A stretch of 52,641 nucleotides of DNA from the NCBI GenBank assembly GCA_021432655.1, contig MU271497.1:1-52641 (forward strand), read 5' to 3'. Origin of the DNA: Atractiella rhizophila. Taxonomy: Eukaryota. The notes under the pieces were generated by a model, which was not told where the DNA came from, made no database searches, and worked only from the letters and a program-made list of their open reading frames with translations. A program made the position numbers and the translations under genes. Position 1 is the stretch's first letter, and each line of letters opens with the position of its first letter. Below are positions 40,551-52,452 of this stretch, piece by piece.

Positions 40551-40932
40551 TCCCAACAAGTAAGTTCTCTGAACACAGGAGGAAGGCACCATGTGCGTAG
40601 TGTTTAGGCGTTGCAAATCAAAATTTCCACTTTGTGTCGAGTGCAGTTTGGACAGACAGTTACTGCTGAATACATGATGGCTCTCACTGAGTGGCAGACG
40701 AAGGAAGTCATACGCGCAAGATCATAAAGCGAGAAGTGGCGCCAGTGATATTCGCAGACGTAAGACGCAATCAATGAGAACTCGACCGTAGTGTAGAGAG
40801 TGCGCAACTTTTGCATTACAAGGAGCGTATCTATCAAATAGTAATAGACCAGTATCACTCTTCCTCAGCAGGAAAAGAACGACTCAATGAATTATACAAG
40901 AAACCCAAAATCCCTCTACCTATTGAAGAGGC

Positions 40933-43900
40933 TCACAGATTGCCGAACCAGAATATACCCATATAATCTGCTAGCTGGACGACAAGGTTCCCCCATCCCC
41001 CTTGCGACTCATCCTCCACGACAGGCTGATCGGTTACTTTATCCGTTCCCACTTTCTCAACACCGTCATCGACATTATCCAGGATGTCTCCTTCTTCATC
41101 CACCGGTCCATACCCATCTTCAAGATTCGAAGACTCTTCACCTTCGGTTTCTGATATCGGCGACTCTTCTCCCCATTCCTCTTCCTCAACGTCCTGCTCT
41201 GTTTCTGATGCAGCGGGATCGGGTTGAGCCTCTTCCACAGGCGTAACCCCAATGTCAACTTCCTCGTCCTCTTCAACAGCATCTTCAGCAACATCCTCAA
41301 CAGCAGGCTCCGGATCAGCCTCCTGAACCTTCGATGGCTCATCCTCTTTGCCTGGGATATCATACGACCCCTCATTCCCGAAAGTGTCTCCAGGCACCGT
41401 CTCTGGTGCAGCTGCCTCTGCCAAAGATGTCTGATAAGCGTCCCAAGAACCCAATACCAACGCGGCGCCTTTCTCCGCTATGCCGTATATGGGAGCCATG
41501 AGATGGGCGGACAATCCTACGGGCACGACTATTACACACTGTGATCAGCATCTATGAAGAAGAGAGAACATAGATGACGCACTGCTGCCATCCGCTACTC
41601 GAAGGTTTTGGATGCCATGAACTTTCAAGTCCTTGCCCACCACACCTCCCTTCTCCAGAGGCAACATTGAGCACGAACCAGCAGGATGAAACTCCGTGCT
41701 CGCGCTCCCCCTGATGAAGTGATCCCACTCCTCATCCGTGTTGACTATCGGACCGGGTCGAATTTCCCGGGTCAAGATATCGCTCAAAGGAGGCGTCTCC
41801 GCCAATTTTCTCGCGAAACGGAAGCCAGCGCGGAAGACCTCGATATCTCCAGGGTGGGAGAGGTACCCAACGTCAATGACGGGGAGAGCGAAGGGGTCGG
41901 TGGAGTTGATGCTGACATGGCCACGAGAGAATGGGTGCTGGATGGCGACTTGGAGAGAGATGGAATTCTCCCCTCCTCGTCCTCGTCCCGTGTTGGACAT
42001 GAGGATTTCGATCTGTCCGACGGGAGAGGGGAGGATGTGTTCGAGTTCGGAGAGGTAGGTCGATTCATATCCACTCAAAACTGTGGGATCGGCTTCGCCT
42101 CCTGATGGACCTGGCAGGGAGGATAGAGCAGCGGTAAGATTACCATTCAGCTCTTCCATGAATGAGGTGGCGCGTTCTTCACCAAGAAGCGTCTATTTTT
42201 CCTTTCAATCGAACGTTAAAGAGACAAGCGGAAAGCATACCGTGAGATTAACATAGGCAATAGCGTCGTTCGGAGCTTCGTACATGCTACCCGGCTCTCC
42301 GTTCCTCCAAATGCTCAACTGCTCCTGCGCATATGACTGATTCGCCTTGATCATATCGCCGGTCCGCTCAGCGTTGGTGAGATAAGTGATTTGTGAAGAA
42401 ACTGTCCATAAGTTAGAGATCTGATAATAAATTGTGGCATGGGCGTGGCGTACGATGGTCTTGCAAATGCTGTCCCACACCTGGAAGCTCGAGCACTACT
42501 TCGATTCCAAGGTCTTCCAGTAACTTCCTAGGTCCCACTCCGGATAGCTGCAACAATTCTAAAGAGCAATCTCATCAATAGGCGGGCAGCTAGTGGATTA
42601 AGAGCAGAAGCGACGAACGAGGAGATCCAATAACACCTCCACAAGACACGACCTCACCGCCCTCAGCTAACTCAACCGTATGTTCCTCCGTCTCGTCTTC
42701 AGATCGAAACTTCACACCGGTGACGCGTAAGGTTCCGTCATCGTTCTTCGCAAAATCGATCTTCGTGACATGATGTCCGACAAGCACCGTCAGGTTCTCT
42801 TCCACTCCAAGGATGGGGTCAAGATATCCATTCCGGGAATAGGAGCGACGGTGAAGGGTCGGGTTGACGGCAGAGGTCGCAACGAACGCGTCGTATGCGG
42901 CTCCACCTGATCTCTTCTGTTCAGCATTCATAAAGCATGAAGAGGAGGAGACAAACCTCCAGGGTCCCTGGTCCCGATTCCGAGATTCTTGAATGTGTCG
43001 AGCCAAGTGCTAATCTGTTCAAAGAAAAAGGATCTGAGGTGTATCAGATCAGTTGATGCTGCAGCTGACGTTTGGGTGAGCCAACGTACGGGTAGGAATA
43101 GTGGATCCTAAGCATCGCGAGTTAGCAGACTATTTAGACAAAAGCACTCCACTCACGGTCCCTCACGACCATGGGCGTCCCAGTCCCATACGACTCCGGC
43201 TTTCTGCGCGAATTCCTCGACAGGTGGTGTGTAGTTCTCGCTCTGTCAGATAAATCAGTTCGCATCCCGTCCATATATCTTTGAAGAGTCGTTATAGGAA
43301 ACAGCTGGACTCATTGAATCCTTTTGTTTAGTGAAAAATCTACGGTGCTCGACGTACAACACAGTAAAGTAATTGTGCAGACAATAGGAGAGATGAATGT
43401 AGGAATTCAGGCTGGAACTGCACGTCCAACGGGAGAAAGGCCGTCACCTTGAAGCACGGCTACAGCGCTCCTCCTCTCCTCCTCCGTCCAATTGTCAGGA
43501 CTTCAATTGTCCTTGATACACTCCCGAAACATAAATAGTCAAAATCGGATTGAAGCTCCATCGACAACATGAAACATATCCTCCGAGCATCAACCCAAAA
43601 GGTGGAGGGCAGTGTTCGGATGTATCACGCATTCTCGCGTCCTCCACGGTAAAACAAGATTGACGCTCCAGAACTACGCTTTTCAAATCGCTCCAGAAAA
43701 CAGTTCTGAAATGGAACGAAAGGTAAGCCTATACAGATTCATAAAGCTATCATAACACCGCATATGGGGAAGGGACATAAGTCATGAAGTAAGATTCTTC
43801 CACCTTTGCATTTGGAAGCAGGACAAGAATCTCTGTGGCTTGTCCTCGCTGACGATGAAAATCGGTAAGGATACGTGTCGTGTCCCGTCCCTTGTGCTCT

Positions 43901-44855
43901 GTAACGCACATCCTCCTTGTTTATGTTCACATTTGGAGGATGAAGGAGAAAGAGCCTATCTGCTTCCTGTAGAGCAAATAATCGCTTGTAGCTGAGCCAC
44001 TCCGACTCGCTTGGAAAAAAGCAGTTCAACAACACAAATCCTCCTCCCACGTTCAAGTTCAAAAAAAAGAAAACACACCTTCTTCATCCACTCATGCACT
44101 CCTTCCCAATCCCACTTCGTCGCTGACACATCTTGTCGTTCGTCGACCACTCCATCCCAAAGCGCCTCCCACGCCTCCTGTTCCTCCCTGCTACTCCTCA
44201 CAAGATACAACCCATTAACGGCACTGCTTCCGCCCAACAGCTTCCCTCTGGGCCAATAAATCTGTCTATTCTTCAAATGAGGTTGAGGCACGGTATAATA
44301 GCCCCAATCGTAAGGAGAGTCGGGATACGCCAAACCTCCATACCAAGCCATGCCGGGAATCTCGACTCTCTCTTTAACCAAGATGCCATCCTCAGCCTGA
44401 GAATTCGCGCCACCCCACCCCTGCGTCGCCTCTTCCTCTCCATCCGTCTCCCCTCCACCTGCACCTGCACCTGCACCTCCCTCGCCTCCTTCACCCCCGC
44501 TGCCGTCGCCAATGACGATATCATTGGGGTGCGCGGCCCAGTCCGGCCCAGCTTCGATGACGAGGACGCGGGTGGTGGGAGAGAGGAGACGGCGGGCGAC
44601 GACGAGCCCGGATTGGCCGCCGCCGACGACGATGTGTGTTGGCGGGAGGGAGGAGAGGTGCGAGGGGTTGTCTGTGATGAAGGCTTTTTGGTTTGCAGCT
44701 CCGCTTCCACTTCCACTCGGTTTCTCGTTGGAGGAGGGAGCGGAGGGTGGGGGCGCTTGGGGGCTGCGACGGAGGTGGATGAAGCGGGAGGAGGGGAGGG
44801 TGGGGTGCGTGGAGAGGCTGAGGGGGAGGAAGGGGAGGAGGGTGAGGAGGTGCAT
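40933..44855 (-). CDS. Secreted GMC oxidoreductase (CAZy AA3_2-like) with long acidic C-terminal extension
   Basis: Signal peptide [104 protein letters not shown] (His/His catalytic pair). Confidence 0.92.
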
Positions 44856-46256
44856 AAGGAGTGTGTATGTGCTGGGATGTGTAGCTGGGAATGTTGGTTG
44901 GAGGAATGAGCGGAGTGGATTTTTGTGTGGCGTCGGGATGTGCCGTAGCCGACCGATGAGCTCCCGAGTTTGCTTTGCTGAACCGCGTCGGCACTCACTC
45001 GGGCAGGAAGTGAAACTGTGAGCACTGGAGGAAGGATGGTTCAGAGAGTGACTGATGGGTAGGAATACTCTTTGTAAGCAATAATCCATGATTAGCAATC
45101 TTCGATTCCAGCGTCAAGGCTTCACGCCTAGCCTCAGCTGCAATCTGCTGCAATGTTGATAATTATCGCATTGCGGTTGTGATTTCGTAGTTGCTCTCAT
45201 CCTCAGCAAGGATGACACCTTGGGTATATTAGCGCCGGAATTTAAACCGGGAAGCCCTTGTGGTGACTGTAGATTGCTTTGACATGCCTCTGTCACTTAG
45301 AACCGCACTTTCTGCAGTTCCTTAAAACATACCAGCTCCAGAGCGAGGCGTAGCGTATATGCTCTTGACTTCCAAACCACAGTTCTTTTCCTCGTGTTCG
45401 CTCGCTCTCCCCTTTCCACACCTAGGAGAACAGTTTAAGTTGGCTAAGATATTCTACGAGCCTGAGAGTTGCAAGTGTGTGCATGACGGATGGGGTGGAT
45501 ATGTTATTAAATGCCAGCGGAACGTAGCAGAACTCTATGAGAATAACACAGGGGACAGATCGACGATAACTATCCTGACAATCAATCAAGTTCCAGCCTG
45601 AATGGAACAAGGTACAACTTGAAGGTTGCATCACGATTGGGGTGTTGATATCAGCTTTTTGATGGTTAACGGAGGCAAAAAGAACTTTGCAACAAAGGAG
45701 AAATCGGGCGCAATAAAACTAATAAGACTACACAAAATCTTAAATACAAAGGAATCGTGGGTTACTAAATTATGAAATATTTCGAATCAGTTTATGGCCA
45801 AAGCACAATAAGACACAAATCCCTCTTACACAAAGGGATTTTGAAAGTTGAAATAACTAGACGTCACAATTCATTCCCTAGAAAAGGCGACAAGTTACAA
45901 GGTCCTTGTTGCACAAAGGGATCTGGGTTCGTTGGCTCCGTTGCGCTGGCAGGAGTCTTGAATGACATTATTTGCAGGATAATGCTGCGTACAAAGCTCC
46001 TCACTCTCGTCATAAAAGCATGCTCCGAGTTAGCAGTTGTTCCGCCTTCAGAATCAATTTTTGAGTGAAAACCAGTTGGTCATCACAACAATTCTTGAAG
46101 AGTGAAGATCCCAACATTAAAATGCCTTGGATCAACTTGCATCCCCTTTACTCGAGCAGGCTTACCAAATCTAAACGATGGTTTGTTCCCTTGCCCCGTT
46201 GCCTCGCAGCTCGTCACCATTGTGCTCTCAGGGTTGCACGTAAAGCGACAATCAGA

Positions 46257-46517
46257 ATGCCTAACGGTGATATCCATGATCCTAATTTCCATCCTCATTA
46301 CGAAGCCGACGACGCCCCACTATATCCTTGGACCTCTTCTACGTTTCCAAGGCCAAGGGGGAGCCGCTACGATGAAGAGCTACAGGAGCGTGTTCGAGAA
46401 AAGGTCAACACGCAGCAACAAACGAATCCAGCTCCAGGAAACGAGTACGGCTTTCGGGAAGGCGTAGAACCTGTATATGGTCCCGAAAGACCACGGAGTA
46501 ATTTTCATTGTGTGTAG
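46257..46517 (+). CDS. Hypothetical small protein or terminal exon
   Basis: Plausible protein-like composition (MPNGDIHDPNFHPHYEADD...) within ORF 46065-46517; no recognisable family. Confidence 0.3.
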   Translation: MPNGDIHDPNFHPHYEADDAPLYPWTSSTFPRPRGSRYDEELQERVREKVNTQQQTNPAPGNEYGFREGVEPVYGPERPRSNFHCV

Positions 46518-46857
46518 TCACTCTAATCCTCGATACAGCAATGACAACCTGATTCAAAGCGCGACGCATAATTCAACGAGACATACGTGCCTTTCCCCAA
46601 TTGGGGCGATGGTGTTGACTCAGTTTCTATGCTACTATTTCTGTGAATCGTCGTTTGATGTAATATACTTCCTGATGGTCGACCATGTAAATCGAAACGT
46701 TTTGACTCGAATCTTGGAGAAATTGTGAGCAGTATTAAAAAATGTGCTTGGAATTATCCGCTAAGCCTTTAAATCCCAGCCTTCTGCATCACAACAAGGA
46801 CGATGAAGTAGAACTTCCGGGTTTTCATGGTCTCGACTGCAAATTCTTTCATGCGCA

Positions 46858-47858
46858 GGGACAGCTCCTTGAGTCGTCAATTTAAGTCGGAATTTGAGTG
46901 GAGAGGAATTTGAAGGAAAAAAGCTTCAAGCCCTCTACTTTACCTTAAATGTAGGGCAGAACAAGGTGACTCCCATTGGCAGGATTCTGCAGAACACTGG
47001 CAATATAGTAAAGGCAGGTATGTGTTGCCTGTTGTTTGTTGTGACTCACCACCGCATTTACATGATGTTACACAATGGTCAAGATGCAAGCGAGACTTGA
47101 GCGCCGTAAGCAGCCTCTCACTACAGGGCATATAATCCTCAAGAAGATGGAAACATGATAGGTGATGAGCTGTGAGTGATCTGAGCCATGACCAACGGAA
47201 GCTTCAATCTCTGCTCCACATCCTCCACAGTAGATCCGTTTTCGAGCACGACAGTACCACGAGTATGTCACTTGGGTTCAAATGTACGATCACCAATCAC
47301 AAGTACATGACTTGATTTATGAACAGGAGTGTAATGAACAGGGCGGAAAGCACATGGCGTCACCGGAAACGAAGCAGAAAGGCACGCCAACCTATTTCAC
47401 TGAGTTTGATGCCATTACCAGTATTCACTAATGCATCAATAGGTGTTGCATGGCAGCGACGTGATGGGGTCCCTATTCTAGGATCGCCAAAAGTGCGCCG
47501 AGTTCTTTTAGCCGCCGTCTTTCCAGAATTTTACACGACAGACGAGGTGGACGCTTTACACAGCATGCTGGATGAGGAACGTACCGCGAAGTGTCACTTT
47601 TTTGGAGATGCCAACGTGGTACCCGATCGAAACCGTCTGATGTGGCACTATAGAGCGGGCCAGTTCGAAGAAATTCGATGGGCGGGCTCTCGCTCCGTTG
47701 ATCCCTTTGGTCTGACTCCATGGTGGGCTGGTGGTATCATGCTGGGATTATTGAACGAAAGGCCGCGTGAGTACAAGAGGCACATTGGCCCTTACATGGA
47801 AGTCAAAACGGTGACAAATCTTATGACCGGGATGGCAAGGGTCAATGAACACAAATGA
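46858..47858 (+). CDS. Hypothetical multi-exon protein (start uncertain)
   Basis: Open terminal exon ~47443-47858 (Trp/aromatic-rich, globular-looking), preceded by short GT..AG introns with branch-like motifs. Confidence 0.45.
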
Positions 47859-48489
47859 TTACTGTGCTTGAAAATCTGAATGTGTATACTAGTAGTGTTG
47901 ACAAAAGACGGAGTGGATGTTGTTTTCGGACCTGAAAATACAGGAAAGTCGATATCAGCGACTTTTCGTAGTTCTTTGCGTTCAGCTGCGATATGGGAGT
48001 CAGGTAAATTGATGTTACGGTTCTACATACCAGCCGCAAGTGTCGTGGATGTCAATCCATGCTTGTTTGCTTCAAGACCTACTTTTGACGGCTTCACGTT
48101 ATGAGTTGAAGGTACTTCTGAGTGAGTGAGCCTCAATGATATCATGACAATGCCTATTCTTTTCGATTTTCGACAAGTCATTGTCTTGCAAACACATCTC
48201 GCACCTTCTCATACAAGAGTGGTCGTCCTTTTCTATGGCTTTGCTGTCTATTACTAATATTAGGATATTCTATTCTCTGCTTACTGTTCACCTTATATCG
48301 ACCTTGTCGGCCCTGCCATTTTAGCAGAGCTCTTAGACAATCCCTTATGGTGCCTTTATTTGCTCTTGCTGTACACTTTTCGCTCTTTCACGTCTCACCA
48401 GTCCACATGTTCTTGCCTTCCCGGCCCGTGAATGGGGAAGAGATCTGTCCCAAGGCGCCATCCACACCTCAGAAGAGTTCTCCCTCCAT

Positions 48490-48625
48490 CCCCACGCTCC
48501 GGTTTCTTCGGTATGGATTTCTACCCGCAACATTACTGGTTAGAGGATATTGGTATTGCGTGGGAAGGGAGCTCATGTGCGGGGCTCACCCTCACCTCGT
48601 TCCGCCGGGGCCAGGAGTATAAATG
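48490..48625 (+). promoter_or_regulatory. GH79 promoter: TATA box and several CreA/Cre1-type SYGGRG boxes
   Basis: TATAAA at ~48618, about 80 nt before ATG 48697; GCGGGG (~48579), CCGGGG (~48605) and CCCCAC (~48490, reverse strand). The motifs are short and could be chance matches. Confidence 0.35.
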
Positions 48626-48696
48626 TGGTATAGATGGCTACAACAGTGGAACCCTGGTTGTTTATCGCACATCCACGGTGTAAGAGAGAACCGATC

Positions 48697-50587
48697 ATGG
48701 CCTATCGATATCTCCTACCGTCCATCGTCTTCCTCCTCAAAGGAGCGTGGGGTCAGGTCACCATCTCCATCCCTGCCTCGCCACCCGCAGGAAACACATC
48801 CCATCAGCTTCCTCCCCACTACTTGGGACTGTCCATCGAGTTCGCTTCCCTCGTCGACTTTTCAGGTCCTCCCGGCCAACCCAATGGGTACACGAAAACC
48901 TGTCTGGACGGGTTACGGAATATTGGGCGGAGGCCCCTGCACTTCAGGATTGGTGGCACCACTCAGTACGACCCGTGTCGTTTTTATCGGACGTACGCTG
49001 AGTATTGTGGGCATGAAGGGATAGGGCAACTTTCCTGGAGGATCAGTCGACGCCAATCATCAATAAGTTTCCTTACTTTGGAGCTGATCGTGCGTTCTCA
49101 GTCGTGTCGTGATCTTCATGCCTGCTGAGAAGTGGTGCAGAGCCAACCAACCTCACGTTTGGACCTGGTTATTTTGAGAGTCTTCACCAGGTGATTTTTG
49201 CCAATCCACCTCTCGGGTCGAATTAACCTGAGGATGACAATAGATTGCTTCGGGGGATCCTGTCGTGTTCGGTCTGCGATTCCATAACGCTTCAGGGGAA
49301 AAACAGGCCGTCGTCGCTTCTCAAGCATTGAAAACTGTCCCGGAGCTCACTGCAGTACATCTATCTTCTTGCTCTTCTCCCACGCACTGAACCTTCGACG
49401 CGCAGTTCTCAATTGGCAATGAAGCAGATTGGTACTCGGATCCAGGTTTCGCCAACGTTACCGAGTACGAGAACACGATTCAGTCTGTAAGGTTGTTGAT
49501 TTTGAATTAAACCCATGAGGTTTAACTAGAAATCAGTTTTATCGAGTGGTAGCGGCTTCCGTTGAAGATCAGATGAAACCTGCGGTCTTCCAAGCTGGCG
49601 ACACTTGTTGTAAACCAACATTTTTCCCTGCAGAACAGATCAGCGCTGGTTTGAAGAACACTACCGAGTATGTTATCGAAGCCGTCGGGCAGCATCATTA
49701 CTTCATGGTCAGTCCTTCACCTTCCCACTTTCCATCTAAATAAACATTGGACCGTAGGCTGCTTGCACTCCTGAAACCTCGAGCCAGATCAACTTGGAAA
49801 AGCTAATGAACCACCAAGTCAGTCTCCGTTTCTTCCTGCCAGCTGAACTCAATATAGATTCGTAGAATACAGTCGCATATCTCGACACACTTAGACCAGA
49901 CATTGCAGCGGTAGAAAACGCCGGGTTGACTTTCGTACAAAGTCCGCATTTCCTCCTATCTTTTCCAACGTACTCTGACAGGCATCAGGCGAAACAAACT
50001 CTATAGGCTGCCAAGGAGCATCAGGGACCTCAGACTCCTTCGGTGCTGCTTTGTGGACCTTGGATTACGCCTTGCAATTAGCCACCCGAGGAGTTCAAAG
50101 GGTTGATTTTCACGTTGGGACGAACTATCGCTATGCTCCCTTCCAGCCCATCCAAGTCAACCAAACCGCTCCGTTCACGAGGCCGAATTACAGCGCACTA
50201 TTAACTCTCCAAGCTTTCCTTGGAGCCGCAAACGCTTCGGTCAGAGTATCAGAGGTCGGCACCCATGATCCTTATTTGGCCGCTTACGTAGCATATGAGC
50301 ATGAAGTTCCTAAGAGGGTTGCGCTCATCAACACTCACATTTACAACGCTACCGCCCATCCTACCCACCCGCCAAAGGTGACAGTATCTCTAGAAGGGGC
50401 ATCGGTCTCGAAAGTGAGAAGACTCACTGCTGCCGGCGCGGATGTGCGAGCTGGCGTTCTGTGGAGCAATCAGAATTGGGAAGGCGGCTGTTTTCCGAGT
50501 GGATTCGAGCTGACAGAGCAAGCCGAGAATGGAAAAGTAGAGGTCAGAAATACCGAGGCGGTCGTGGTTTGGTTAGAGTCAAGTTGA
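48697..50587 (+). CDS. Secreted glycoside hydrolase family 79 (beta-glucuronidase-like), multi-exon
   Basis: Signal peptide; YLGLSIEF, FRIGGTTQD, IGNEAD (acid/base), ETNSIGCQG..GTSDSFGAALWTLDYAL (nucleophile region), RVALIN. Confidence 0.9.
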
Positions 50588-51246
50588 GACAGTCGTCCCT
50601 CAATCAAAGTTTGAAAGGACCTTGAGCCAGATGTAACGTCTGTTGTTGTAAATATTCGGACATGAAGGTGTTAGTACTGCAATTTACTGGAAGAATTTGT
50701 GGGGAAAATTCCTGAAGTTGAGGATTGAGGATATCAACGCGGATTGGGCAAATTGGACAGAGGACCATCTACAGGTAATAACCATCTCCCTTGGACATTA
50801 CAGGAGTGTTGATATCAAATTTCTAACAGAGCGTGTTGTGGAGGAGACTCCGCCGCTAGTGAGGGTCGAACGATAAACGATATCGAACACTATAAGATGC
50901 TCTCCTGCGTCCGCGCGGCAGCCGGAGGAGGTGAGAAAAGCTAAGTAAAGTGCAGCTGTGTTGGTGAATAGGAGAAAAGTCACACAATAGGCTCATCATT
51001 TGTTACTTCCCAGCGCCAGATGACATTATCCTAATGACATTCGCTACCAATGATTCAACTGGTGTCTCCCAGGAGATGCATAAACCAGCGACACACACGG
51101 CGGCCGGTATTTGATTGGTGGCCATGAATCGCCCTGCGTCGTTTGCGTCGACAGAAGTCTGAAAGTGACTCTACACTATTTATGTCAACCCTGTCAAAGG
51201 CTATGAAACAAGATTTTCAAGTAAACCCATCTTGCTCTTGCTCTCC

Positions 51247-52004
51247 ATGACTTACTGCGAGACCTGCAATCGTGATTTTCAAAACAAAAGGTCGTACAAT
51301 CAACATTGTTCGACGGCGGTTGCTCATAGGCTGACATGGTGTCGAGGTGATGTCACCGTATGCCCTTCATTGTCACATTGGCCTGGCTGAGAGATTCGAC
51401 AGCGTGCGAGCGAGAATTTTCTTCAGAGAACGATTTAGAAAAGCATAAACGTAACTCTTCGCGTCACTTCTGGTGCAACAGTGCGTCCGTCAACGGGACA
51501 ATGTTTCATCCTCTCATTCAGAGATTTAACAGGATGCGAGCAAGAATTTTACTCTGAAGAAGAATTCGAGCAGCATAAACGGGAATCTTCCCGTCACATA
51601 TGGTGCCAGCGTATGTCAACCTTCGCCGCGTTCACTGTTCATTACGCCATGTAATGATTCAACAGCCTGTGATCGAGAATTTGCGACCGACGAAGATTTG
51701 AACCAGCACACACGTACCTCTTCACGTCACATATGGTGCCGCAGTGGGTATTTTTACGTTGTCACAGTTACCGCGTTTGATCATGTCACGTAATAATTTA
51801 ACAGGGTGTGATATAGAATTTTTTACAGACCAAGCTTTGGAAGAGCATATCCGGACTTCATCCCGTCATATATGGTGTAGCCGTGAGTCTTCATCATTTC
51901 TATATTTGATCATACCATACATTGATTCAACAGCGTGTGAGCGTGAGTTCAAAACTCTCGAGGATTTGGAGAAGCACATCGAACAGTCATCACGCCATTT
52001 CTGA
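51247..52004 (+). CDS. Small protein of six tandem C2H2-type zinc fingers
   Basis: Spliced product MTYCETCNRDF..H..AH, then five repeats of WCxxCE/DREF...L..H...SSRH; four internal exons of exactly 78 nt. Confidence 0.88.
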
Positions 52005-52452
52005 AGTGAAACCATCCCTTTCCACGACCATGATGTTTGAGCGATGAAAACTGTGCCACAGAGAGTGTCATAAAAAGTGTCCACAGCTGCTCATCCAGTA
52101 CTGACAATGTTTCATAACTTTCATGATGCAATGGAGAGATTAAGAAAGAAGAATTCAGGCGTACAGTGATATCCACTCTTATCCTGCAGCTCAGTCGCTC
52201 CAGATCCTGCTCCCGATCTGCTTCCTAGTTAGCTTGAAGCCAGCAGCGTTCTGAACAATATTATCATGCTGACATGATTGGCAATGAGTAACGATGTACC
52301 GATGATGGAACGGTAATTGGTCACAACAATGGCAATGACGCCAAATTTCAAATCATCGTCAAATTTGCAAATTCTCAAAGCGGGAACATGAATTTCCAGC
52401 TGATTGACCACAATCCCAGCTGAGCGCTGATCGATGATCCCATAGCATTAAC

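Noticed and set aside
43438..43465. AGCCGTG...ACGGC hairpin resembling group II intron domain V, with a GTGTG intron start
   Set aside because: Too short, no AC bulge or GNRA loop, and ~200 nt from the 3' end. GTGYG donors are common in ordinary short introns here.
43849..43865. CTGACGA..GAAA hammerhead-like core
   Set aside because: Only 1 nt lies between CTGACGA and GAAA, so stem II cannot form.
44133..45025. Several long overlapping ORFs in alternative frames and strands
   Set aside because: Shadow ORFs of the GC-rich, low-complexity GMC exon 1.
45359..45700. Possible small spliced gene
   Set aside because: Splice-like signals are present, but I could not build a convincing open frame or recognise a domain.
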